A DNA stretch of 62,709 nt, counting the filler, from Diploschistes diacapsis (taxonomy: Eukaryota), in the NCBI GenBank assembly GCA_023645945.1. It is 12 parts of 12 records of this genome, joined end to end, with 100 filler letters (N's around TTAATTAATTAA, not from the genome) between each part and the next. Parts side by side here need not be neighbours in the genome. Positions count along the whole stretch, not along the records: positions 1 to 25,875 come from JALAIB010000196.1; 11 more parts are not named here. The stretch is one strand, 5' to 3'. This document shows positions 12,512-23,929 of this stretch, in pieces. The notes under the pieces were generated by a model. That model searched no databases, was not told where the DNA came from, and was given only the letters and a program-made list of their open reading frames with translations. Every line of letters starts with the position of its first letter. Position 1 is the stretch's first letter. The translations under genes were made by a program, and so were the position numbers.

Positions 12512-13123
12512 ATGGTCTCCATGCCAGAAGAGATCCCCATCGGCTGGGCCCGATGGGGAACACAGCTCGAGGATGTAGAAGAGCGCTGCCTCACCTTCAC
12601 CGAGGACATTTGCAGAGCGGTGGCGAAGCAACACGGCTTGGAAGCCGTCAACGTCAGATGGGAGCCACACAACTGGAGCGGTGACGCTACCCTGGAGAAG
12701 CGGGTGCCACACGACTGGCACATCACCGCCGACTTCAAAGCGCCAGAAGGTTATGCCAAGACCGCCCACATATACACCTCGAGCGGAGAGCCGGAATGGT
12801 TTGCCCTTCGGAAGGCAGACGGAAGTATAAAGGCCATCTTCCAAGACGAGATCGCCAACAAGGAGAGCTGCAATCCATGGCTGAAGAACCGACCACGATC
12901 AATGCCGGAACTCCGACGCAGCACGAAGCTTTTCGAGTTGGCAAGGCCACGGCAGCAGACAAGAAGCCGAAGTAGCAATGTGGCCACAACAAGCTCATGG
13001 AGGGCGCAGAGAACCCCGAGCCCCCAAGCCAGCAGCCGGAGAGACCAGCGCCGGAACACCTGGCCAGCTGCGGGAGCGGAGAAACCGAAGAAGGACGTCA
13101 TGGGCATGGCCACGTGGAGGTGA
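12512..13123 (+). CDS. Hypothetical His-triad-motif protein B (203 aa)
   Basis: First ATG in ORF 12410-13123; TATAAG near 12325; motif FTEDICRAVAKQHGLEAVNVRWEPH...HDWHITADFKAPEGYAKTAHIYTS shared with the 9555 gene. Confidence 0.7.
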   Translation: MVSMPEEIPIGWARWGTQLEDVEERCLTFTEDICRAVAKQHGLEAVNVRWEPHNWSGDATLEKRVPHDWHITADFKAPEGYAKTAHIYTSSGEPEWFALRKADGSIKAIFQDEIANKESCNPWLKNRPRSMPELRRSTKLFELARPRQQTRSRSSNVATTSSWRAQRTPSPQASSRRDQRRNTWPAAGAEKPKKDVMGMATWR

Positions 13124-13150
13124 GCGCCAGGCCTCCACCTCACCTCCCTC

Positions 13151-13175
13151 ACACCACCACCACCACCACCACCAC
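13151..13175. repeat. (CAC)n microsatellite at the start of a C/A-rich low-complexity region
   Basis: acaccaccaccaccaccaccaccac read directly. Confidence 0.9.
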
Positions 13176-14968
13176 TGTCTCCTCGCCCTCCTCCTCTGTC
13201 CTCTTCTGCCACCGCCACCACCGCTGCCGCCCACCTCCATCTTTTCTCTGCCACTGGCGTTCCCAACTACCACCTCCTCTTGTCTCAGACGCCTCGCATA
13301 TCTCTACCACCACACACATATCGACTCGAAAGGGAATGGCCGGCCAAGAGAGCCCAAGCCAAAGTCCACAATCATGAATGGCAGCAGTGCAGCCCAAGAC
13401 CGCCACCACATTCACCACTCCCACTACCGCTCTTCGCTTCCGCTCCTATGCTCTCAAAGCTCTCTCACCTCCACCACTACCACAAGACCTTGGACTCGAG
13501 CGGACTGGCCGGCCAGTGAAGCCCACGCCAAAGCCCAGAAGTCACTTCGAAAGGCACAAAAGCACTCCGTCGCATCGTTGCCACATATGGAGCTCGTGCA
13601 AAGGTTGCTCGCTTATACCACCGCCACTACCACCTGCTCTCTCGCTCCCAAAGCTTGTCGCTCACAATACCTTACCACCACCCATCTCGCGCTCTCTTGC
13701 CTTCTCCTCGCTCACATACCACCGCTACCACCCGCGCTCTTGAACCTTCTCTCTCCACCGATACCAACCACATCATACCAACCCGCCCGACTCAAGAGGA
13801 CCGGCCAGCCACCAGAGCCTGAGCCAAAGTCCAGAAGTCAACGGCACCAAAAGGCCCTCTGTTCCCATCAAGCATAATTTTGCACAAAGGCTCGAAAAAG
13901 ACAGACCAGGAGTCTGGGGAACGCCATGAGTCCTACTAGAGAGCCACAGAGATAGAGCAACATGAGATGCGAAGACGGCACAACCCCAAGCGAAGAAGAG
14001 CGAGAGACAAGAGCAAGAGCATACGTCCTCCAGACGCCAAGCAGAGAGCCCAGCTGCGCATGCCCGAGCGAGCAACGAGAGCGAGTATCCAAAGCGGCGC
14101 GAGTGCATACAGCCACTCAACCAACGTAGTCACGGGGAGAGCGAGACAAGGAGAGGCGCAAACCCCAGGAGAGGGAGCGGAGGTAACGAGAAGACGCACT
14201 CATGGGAACCAACAGAGGAAGGGGAATGAGAGACGAGAGAGAAAACCATCTACATCTATGTATGAAGAGATATGCCACTTGGCAATCTTGACTGTACAAT
14301 CTCGACTGCAGAAGGAAGCGGTCTGTACCACAAACACCACCCACTACCGCTACCACCGCCGCCGCCGCCAAAATCTTGTTGCTCGTTGTTGTTTTGATGT
14401 GTTTGGGATATCTATAAGTTTTAGTTTTTGGAATTATGGGAATTTGGGATGTTGAGTCTATGAAGCGCTTTAGAATACTGTACGATGTAATGCAACAGAG
14501 TCGGTTTTTTCGTTACGCTATGAGCAGCTTGTTCTTGTGGAAACTTTAGATTGAGATTTGGACGTTGTGATCATGCCTAAGGCTGTAGTTATTCTCCAAT
14601 CGAGCCCCAGGTATGGTGGGCCGCCCAGGTAGGTTCAGGCTAAGTAGACATGTGTGCGACCGTATGCCCCAAGGCTCAACGACGCAGGGTACCCAGATGG
14701 AGCGAAAATCCAAGTACTAGATAATCGATACGCACAAGAGGAGAGTTTTCGGATACTTCAGTTGTGCGAGGCGAATTACTCGGGATAGGAGTGCGCGCGG
14801 TAGAATCCAGAGAAGATACGATCCACAAAGCTAGGATGCACACAAGGTAGGGTCATAGAAGGGGACGTATGCAGACTCTTCAGACTCGATGAAATAGACT
14901 ATACACAATGCAAAACCGTCCTCTTCCCTCTAAAACCCTCTAGCACCAGCCCCCAAGAGTATGCGCCT

Positions 14969-17117
14969 CTAATAACTCCTCTTGAACGGCAGCACAGGCT
15001 TACACTCGTTCTCATCCAGCGTCGTTCCCACCACAGCCCTGTACCCCAAGTCCACCTGACCCTGGGGCTTCTTCTGCCAGGACAGCGAGTGCTTCATCCA
15101 ATTCTTATCGTCCCGGTCCGGGAAGTCCTCTCGTGCGTGGGCACCCCTGCTCTCCTTCCGGTTCGCCGCGCTCTCCGCCGTCTGCACGGCACACGTCAGC
15201 AGATTCCTCAGCTCCAGCGTCTCGACCAGGTCCGAGTTCCAGATCATGCTCCTATCAGCGGTCCCGACGTCGGCAAAGGAGGCGTCAACGTCGCGAATCT
15301 TCTGGACGCCCTCGTCGAGCGACTCCTGCGTGCGGAAGACGGAGACGTCAGTCTGCATCACCTTTTGCATGTCCGACCTGATGCTGGCCGTCGATTTGGG
15401 GCCTTCGGCCGTGCGTATGCTGTCGAGCACGGAGATAGACTCGGCGCCGGCATCGCCAGAGATGGTCTCGTGCTTCTTGCCGGGCGTGAAGTTGTCGCGG
15501 ATCGTGTGGCTAACGGCGCGTCCGAAGACGATGAGATCTAGGAGGGAGTTGGCGCCGAGGCGGTTGGCGCCATGCACGGACACACAGGCTGCCTCGCCGC
15601 ACGCGAAGAGGCCGGGGACGACCTGGTCGTTGCCGTCTGCGTCGGTGGTGATTACTTCGCCACTATATTTGGTCGGGATGCCGCCCATGTTATAGTGAAC
15701 TGTGGGCAGTACGGGGATAGGTTGCTTGCGAACGTCAACACCAGCGAAAATTGAAGCCGTTTCGGAGATACCGGGTAGACGCTCGTGCAGCACCTCGGCG
15801 GGTAAGTGGCTAAGCTGCAGGTAGATGTGGTCTTTGTCGGGGCCGACGCCACGGCCTTCACGTATTTCCATGGTCATGGAGCGGGAGACAACGTCGCGGC
15901 TGGCGAGATCCTTGGCGGTGGGGGCATAACGCTCCATGAAGCGCTCGCCCTCGGAGTTGAGCAAGTAACCTCCTTCACCTCGAGAGCCTTCTGTGATCAA
16001 GCAGCCAGCACCGTAGATACCTGTTGGGTGGAACTGCACGAATTCCATGTCCTGATTAGGGAAGCCAGCTCGAGCTACCATGGCCATGCCATCACCAGTA
16101 CAAGTGTGCGCTGATGTACAGCTGAAGTATGCTCGTCCGTAGCCTCCTGTTGCCAGGACTGTGTGGTGCGAACGGAAGCGGTGTAATGTGCCATCCTCTT
16201 GGTTGTAAGCAATGACACCCTTGCACTTCCCATCTTCCATTATAAGGTCAAGTGCGAAGAACTCGATAAAGTACGTTGTGTTGTGCCGTAGAGATTGACC
16301 ATAGAGAGTATGTAAGAGCGCGTGCCCTGTTCGATCTGCCGCTGCGCAGCACCTGTATGCTTGACCACCTTTGCCATACTTTTGTGATTGACCGCCGAAC
16401 GCTCGCTGGTAGCTATTGAGTTGTTAGCATTCGCTACACAGGTCAACAACAAAGTCATACATCTTGCCATCTTCGGTTCTTGAGAAGGGGCATCCGTAGT
16501 TCTCCAACTCAATCACACTTTGAGGTGCTTCTCTTGTCATGTAATGAATTGCGTCTTGGTCGCCCAGCCAGTCGGAGCCCTTCACAGTATCGTACATGTG
16601 CCACCTCCAGTCATCCTCGTGCATGCTGTATCGGGTCAGCGGACATACCCATATGTATTGCATTATCAACCTTACTTTCCCAGTGCCGCATTGATGCCAC
16701 CTTGAGCGGCAACAGTGTGACTTCGTGTAGGGAAGAGTTTGGATATGCATGCAGTCTTGAAGCCAGCTTCTGCCAGTCCAAAGGCGGCTCGGAGACCAGA
16801 TCCACCAGCTCCCACTACGAGAGCATCATATTCGTGATCCTGAATAATGTCAATACCAACCCCCTTGATGACGAAGTGTGGCGTCTCTGCGTACAACAAC
16901 GGGATATTTATTTGAGACGAACGGTGACGCTTCTTTCGCTCGTAGGGGCTGATTTGCGATTATTCTTGCGACTGGTCTGCTTGAAGAAAAGAGTCTTCGT
17001 GATGATGTGGAAAGCTGCTACTTGCTGTTAGTATGACCACCCCGCGAACTGTTATGTTATAGGTCAATAACTCACCCTAGGCGCTTTGGCCAGGCTTCGC
17101 AGTCGTAAAGCGCTCAT
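14969..17117 (-). CDS. SDH1: Succinate dehydrogenase flavoprotein subunit, mitochondrial (5 exons)
   Basis: Presequence [25 protein letters not shown]-binding loop; [16 protein letters not shown] covalent-FAD His motif; [29 protein letters not shown] and [10 protein letters not shown]; four GT-AG introns. Confidence 0.97.
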
Positions 17118-18428
17118 TGTGATGGAGAACACTGAAGAATACCACTGGCTGCACAGCTCAACGGTGAAGAATTGAAAAAGTACGGGAAGACCGGTCGTTG
17201 TGAAAGTCAAAGATGTAATTGAAGTGCATCACGAAGAGCCTCGGCCAAGTCGTAAAATTGACCAATCAGATCCTCTCTATTTACTACGAAGTGCTTCCCC
17301 GAATGAGGTTAGCGCCGATTAAGTGCGACGACGTCCACGCACGCAGGATCAGGATTTTCATTCAAGAATCAAGACAAATAATACTTCATCTCGACTTCAT
17401 TTCTTCGGATTGAAAGCGCGTCTTCTTTTGCTAGTAAGTGCCTCCCTTCCTGATGGCTCAAGTTGCCAGAACTCCAAATCTCCATGAATGATAGCGTCGG
17501 AAAATATATCTCTCTATTTCTATTTATCTCTCGTCTCGATTTCCATCACCTCATGTTGTATGATGGCCAATAGGCTTTGCTGCTCACCCATATACTATCG
17601 AGCAGAGCATGTCGCAGCCCTACCGTGGCCACTGCTCAAGCTGATAGAGAAAGAGCGAAACTGGCATAGACTACTACTTTCCATCGTCATCCGGCTGATG
17701 ACAATTTCTCACTATCATATTGTGCTTCACCAGTGGTCGAGACACCCCGGGGCATAACGAGAGGTTTCCGAATTCGAATCCGGCGTGTGCTTCGACGAAT
17801 TGAATACTATCCCGATCTTCTGCATTCTCCTATCTTCAACATAATCAATACGATGTAACCAAGACCATGGTTAAAGCTCTTCCAAGCAGAGAACACCCAT
17901 GGCTCAGACGGCTCTTATAGGGAAAAAGGACGCATTTGCTCCTATTTGAAGCATGTCAAAGCCCCACATCCCTGGTCCTCGCTGTATATTGAAATTATTT
18001 ATGTTCCTGACTAGGGAAGCTTTCAAAGCTCAAGGAATGGTATCAGGGTCTTTGCGCGTGCCGATTTCGCTCTTTCCTCGCAAGTAGGTCTTTCGCAAGG
18101 TAAGACCACCTGCACCCCTATCCTAGGTAGGTGAGCTCAAGCTTTTCTACTGATAAGCTAGGATTGCTTATCTACGTTATGAATTCTTATATCAACCGCC
18201 TATTTGAGGCGGCTGTACCTCTTTACCTCTCACCTCTTCATCTCTGCTCATTTTCATCTCGCATTTTCTGTATCCTCCCCCACTCGAGGATCGTTACTTT
18301 TGCGTACTTTGAGGGTCCAAAGACAATCCGTGTAGGAGCTACAACTTAACGCTGACCTCCACGGCCTATTGTGTTATCTTCGCTCGAGGCCGGGAATCAC
18401 CCTTTCAGCTTTGAACACCGATTTCAGG

Positions 18429-20400
18429 ATGGCTTCGGTTGAAAAGGGGCATGATGCTCAAACAACCGACATCTCAGTAGAGGATTACTATCCTAGTGCT
18501 ATGATGAACGAAACCAAATGGACACGACTCGGACTCACACCCAGGTCTTTCGGCAAGGCTGAGGTCCTCCTCGACGAAAAGAAGCTGCACAAGACCATCA
18601 AAAGACGGCATCTACATATGATCGCTATTGGCGGGTGTGTAGGCGCTGGCTTGTTTGTGGGCAGTGGAGGCGCCCTCCAGCAAGGCGGTCCTGCTTCGTT
18701 GCTTATTGCCTTGTAAGCTTCTTTCAGGAACTAGTACCGCATTACTAACACTTGGGAATAGTGCCATGATTGGTGTCATGATTGTGTACGAATCAATAAG
18801 ACAATGATAATACTCGCATTGCTAATGACTGGTAGTAACGTCGTTCACGCTCTCGGAGAACTAGCTGTCATGTTTCCTGTCGAAGGAAGCTTCTACATGT
18901 ACGCGAACCGGTTCATTGATCCTTCTTGGGGCGCCGCCATGGGCTGGAACTACGTCTTTGGGTGGGCCATGTGTCTACCGCTCGAGTTGACCGTTTCTTC
19001 AATCACGATGGGCTATTGGCAACTGAACATCAGCGTTGCGGTCTGGATTTCTCTCTTCCTCGGCATTCTCATCCTAATCAGCTTGTTCGGAGCAAGGGGC
19101 TATGCCGAAGAAGAATTCTGGTCTGCTTTTGTCAAGGTTTTCTGCATCACCATCTTCATCATTGTTGGTTTCGTCTGTGTGTTGGGTCGTGGGCCAAAGA
19201 CTGGTATTTTCACCTCTTACCAAGGAGGTAAGCTGTGGAGCAGCCCAGGAGCCATCAACAACGGCGCTAAGGGAGTCTTCTCTGTCTTTGTTACTGCCGC
19301 TTTCGCTCTCAGTGGAACGGAGCTTGTCGGTCTTGCAGCCGCTGAATCTCAGGATCCAGCAAGAGCGCTCCCTCGTGCTGTTAAGCAAGTATTCTGGCGT
19401 TGCGTCTCGTAAGTGCTATCGGCGCCCCGCTCCGCATTGATTTGAGGTTTCCACTGATGCGGTACGCGTGTCATTTAGCTTCTATGGCCTGGCGCTCCTC
19501 TTCGTCGGCCTCTTAGTTCCCTACAACGACACGCGGCTCCTCGGCGCTCCAGGTGCCAACCCAATCATCGACGTCTCCACCAGCCCATTTGTCATTGTCA
19601 TCAAAGACGCTGGTCTAATTGGCTTCGACTCGTTCCTGAACACTGTCATCCTCGTCTCTGTGTAAGTTGCTCCCTTCTCTCTGTATCATGTTCACTGACA
19701 TTTGTTGCAAGTCTTTCTGTCGGCCAATCAGCCATCTATGGCGGAAGCCGAACTCTAACGGCCCTCGCTCAACAAGGCTATGCTCCTAAGTTCTTCACAC
19801 GTGTCGATCGCGCCGGGCGCCCGACCTGGTCCACCCTCCTTATCATCTGCTGCGGTGGCATTGCTTACATCTCTCTTGCCGCCGGTGGTCCCGTCGTTTT
19901 TGACTGGCTCCTAGCCATCGGCGGTCTGGTTGCTCTTTTCAGCTGGGCAACCATATGCGTAGCACATATCCGCTTCCGCAAAGCCTGGGCGTACAATCAT
20001 CGCAGTCTCGAGGATATTCCCTATAGGGCACCTCTAGGTGTATGGGGCTCCTGGATCGGTCTTGTTTTGATCATCATGGTCATGATTGCTCAGGCAAGCT
20101 GTCCCTTCAACAATAAAAATCTATTTCATTTCTAACGGTGAACAGTTGTATATCGCCATCGACCCTCTTAAGCCCGGTGTCAACCGCGCCATGAGCTTTT
20201 TCAACGCTTATCTCGGCTTCTTCGTCGTCCTTGTGCTCTGGCTCATTGCTTACTTGTGGAAGCGCAAGGTATGGGTCCCTATTTCTGAAATTGACATAGA
20301 TGAGGGGCGCCGTCGTGTTGACTGGAATACCGTGCGCGAGGAGAGGGAGCACGAGGCGACGTATCCGCTTTGGAAGCGGGCGCTGCTGTGGTTGTTCTAG
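18429..20400 (+). CDS. Amino-acid permease, APC superfamily YAT family (GAP1-like), multi-exon
   Basis: RHLHMIAIGGCVGAGLFVGSG, ALGELAVMFPVEGSF, RFIDPSWGAAMGWNY, AAFALSGTELVGLAAAES, SPFVI and IDIDEGRR; five introns inferred. Confidence 0.93.
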
Positions 20401-21939
20401 ATGGGACTGGATGACCAGTGCATGACAGCTGCTTCTACTGCGATAAGCAGAATAGACTTGCAGGAAGGCAAAATCATGTTCTGACGATACTCTGAGTTAG
20501 GTGACAACGGGGTCCGCAGGGTATCTGGACCAGTCTTGATAGAACCGTTCGGGCTGTGCGTAGAAATAGGTAGATAGAGTCTAGTGAAAGGCTTTACTCT
20601 GTTTTCAATGTCCTGGTGCAATCTCATTCTTATTTTCTGATATATAAGCACCAAAAACCGGTTCGGAAATTGATTATCCACACCCGAAGCTCTCCATAAA
20701 TCTTCCCATAGCCATTCCCTTGTTGTTGAAAACCCTACCTCTAGAAAATGCATTCCTAGTAAGTAAATCTCACAAGGATTTTCCAAGAAAGTTTCACATT
20801 AGATATGACTGAGTAAGTGCTTGTCATCCTCGTTCTTCGATCATCTTCAAGATTCTCCCGTCCTTCACGCCAAAAACCTCCACGGGATTTCCAATTTCGA
20901 CGCCATGGAAATGCTCGCTCATCCGGCGCTGCATGTGCTAGAGGCCAGAGGAGAAAGAAGCATACGTGCCGCTACACGTGTAGGTCTTTGGAAAAAGGCT
21001 TTATGAGGCAGCCTTGGAACAACACTTTACGCTATATTATCACAAGGGTCGGTCGGGAACTTTTCGATACTCTAGCAAAACCCTGCTCCTGCTCGAACCA
21101 ATAATAATCTCGGGATTTCCATTATCACCATGCTCAGCCTCTTCTCCATTTTGAACAGCTTGCGCAAAGCCTTACGAAGATCTGGGTTCTTTAGCCTTGT
21201 GCAATGTCAAGCCGGCAGGATTCCGGGGCTCCAGGAGCAATCCTGGAGCGTCTCACAGAAGCTTCAGGATAGCACAGCCATTCTACGACGATAATGCGGA
21301 AAATAGCAGCAGCAGATTGCAAAACCTTGACGTGGATAAGGCTACTTTCACGACGGACGCGACTTCCAAGTTTTCGACGGTACGACAGCTTTGGATGCCG
21401 TGATACTAAGAGATGGATAGAGATGTGTCGCGTGAGGGAGGGTACAAAGTACATAATTTCAGGGCTCGATCAGCTCGCTTCGAAGCAATCTCCAGCTTGC
21501 GCATGATTGGCCATGCCTCCCGCCGTTACAAGCACTACCCTGTACTACAAGGCACTATTGCAACTAGTTGATGACCGGAGCCCTTGTGTGGCTCCGAAAG
21601 CGTACTTAATGGAACTGGCCCTTAGCCATGCAGCATGCTCACGGCTCGCCCGGCCTGCCATCCCTGAAGGAGGATCGCAACAAAACTCTGGGTCTCCTCG
21701 TCCTGCTTCTCGCCTTCTGCACTTCTTAACGATCTTGTCAATCCTTCTTGTGTCACGCGTTCCTTACAGTCACTCCTTTTGCTTTCGAGCGTCCACTCCT
21801 TGAAACTGCTTCGTAGACGTTTGTCTCGACTAAATATAACAAATATACGTGCTTCTCCGGAACACACGATTCTAATATATAATCAACGCAACCAGTCACT
21901 GCATTCTTCTCGAACTTTGGATCCTTGACGACATCAACG

Positions 21940-22713
21940 ATGCAGATCAACGCATACTCTTTCATCCTCGCGGCCCTCGTGGCCCTCGCGTCCGCTGCCA
22001 GCGGCCCGAACGCCTTCAACGTTCCGCCGCAGGGCTACCTCCTGCACGCCGGCCAGGCCCAAACCTTCACCTGGGACAACCTCCAAGGCTCGACGGTAAC
22101 CCTGATGCTGCGTGAAGGTCCCGACGGCAATCTCAACCAAGGCACCGTCCTCGCATGTGTGTATCCATATTCCCAATATCCTAAGTGATCTCTAACATCA
22201 CCTCCCGCAGCCGGTCTCCAAAACACCGGAACATACACCTGGTCCGTCCCAGCCAACACCGTCGAAGGCAACGCCTACACCATCGAGATCATCGACGAGC
22301 AGGACCCCACCCAGACGAACTTCACCCCGCAGTTCGATATTCTCTCCAACGTCCTCGCCTCCTCATCGCAAGCACCTGCCTCCACCGCCGCACCGTCTAC
22401 CTCATTCGCCGCTCCTGCTAGCACAGCCCCACCTACTACCTCACTGCCCGCTAGCACGGCTGTTGCGTCGACTAGCTCTACCTCTGCTTCGATGTCTATG
22501 AGCTCTTCGGTGACGGCGAGTGGCATGAGCACCATGGCGTCGAGCATGAGCACGAGTGGAAGTGCAAGCGGAAGTAGCACGCAAGCATCCAGCGCAAGCT
22601 CGACGAACCCAGCGCCGAGTACCGTGGCGCTGGGTGCTGCTGGGAGGTCTGTTGTGCTGAGTGCGGGAACAGGGGTTCTAGCTGTGGCGGTGGCGCTTGT
22701 TGGTATGTTTTAG
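21940..22713 (+). CDS. GPI-anchored Ser/Thr-rich cell-wall protein with Kre9/Knh1-like N-terminal domain (2 exons)
   Basis: Signal peptide MQINAYSFILAALVALASA; intron 22157-22210; NTGTYTWSVP...YTIEI...NFTPQF motif; S/T-rich stalk; hydrophobic C-terminal GPI signal. Confidence 0.85.
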
Positions 22714-23008
22714 GCGCGAAGAGTGTCGGTTCTACTGAAAAGAGGGGAAGAGAAGAAGAGGGCAGTAGAGTGTGGGCAGTGGTGGCATGAGGATTGGGGG
22801 ATATTCGTTTAATGACCTTTCACCTTCGCTGTATATGATGGTTCTCTTCGTTTTCGGGGCTTTGCTTCTACCCTTCTTTGTTTATTCTCGAAGTGGATTT
22901 GAGTGGAATGGGGTGGGAATTGTGGCAGTGTGAGGGGGGGAGTGGAGTGGATGGAAGTGCCGAGAAGCGCTGCCGCCGCACCAACAACGGTGGACTCGGC
23001 ATAGGCTC

Positions 23009-23410
23009 CTACTTCGTTCGATTCGCTGTCCTCGCTTCGTTTGTTGTTCTTGTCGTGGTCGATGATACCCCTCTGCTGCGCTGTACTCTGTCGAGGAGCT
23101 CTGGGTGTATGTTTGTGATACTTTTGGGTGCGCTTAACGGGGTTGGGTGGAAACCGCTGGTGGGAGAAGGCGGCAGATCGAGGTGGAGAGGGACGAGTGG
23201 GGGCCCTGGTGGTGGTTGTGGATACTGTCGAGGTGGGGGACTGGAAAGAGAAGGGAGCGGAGAGGGAAAGGAGACGGCACCGTACACATACGTGGTGGGG
23301 CTAAACACATGTACGTGAATATACACATGTCCCGATGGTCGATCGCCAGTATCGATCGCGTTAGTGTGAATATGTGCCATGTTGCTATGTACTACCTGCT
23401 GACTTTCCAA
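23009..23410 (-). CDS. Possible small Pro-rich hypothetical protein or exon
   Basis: 133-codon open frame only; no family motif. Confidence 0.25.
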   Translation of the reverse strand: MESQQVVHSNMAHIHTNAIDTGDRPSGHVYIHVHVFSPTTYVYGAVSFPSPLPSLSSPPPRQYPQPPPGPPLVPLHLDLPPSPTSGFHPTPLSAPKSITNIHPELLDRVQRSRGVSSTTTRTTNEARTANRTK

Positions 23411-23929
23411 CGGCCCCTTCGAACTTCAAGGCTCTGAAGCTCTCCCGAGGCAAGATATAAGGGGATTGCCCCTCGGTTTCTGAAATACATGTATCCTAAA
23501 GTCGCGTCTCTGCAGGCTTCCCTATCTAATCTAGGCCCTGCATATCAACAGCTTAGTACCCGGGAGACCTCCCTTGCCTCGTAACCTCATCCATCACTCT
23601 TTGTCAAGTTCAACCCCCTTGCTGCCCTCTGCTGCTCTCTTTTTTCCACCACTTCTGCGTACATGTGCACTTGCCTTATTCGCCTTTTCTCTAGCAGCGT
23701 TCTCTCCGGCATTTGTGCCATTCGAATCAGTGACTCCCACTGATCTTCCCAGTTTCTTCCCCCAGCTGGGCCTCCGCGTCCCAGAACAACTTGAATGTCC
23801 GCTCCTTTCCAAGGAAGGCTGGGTCGGGCTAGGTTGGGTTCCCTGAAGAAGACGTTCTCATAAGACGTTGCTGCTGCACATAGCCGGTAGAAGCCAGTAG
23901 CTAGAAGGCAGATGCCAGACCACGGATCT

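Noticed and set aside
12978..14455. ORFs of 299 and 162 aa, including a poly-His run
   Set aside because: They arise from CAC/CT/GA low-complexity sequence that is open in several frames at once; no start context or domain
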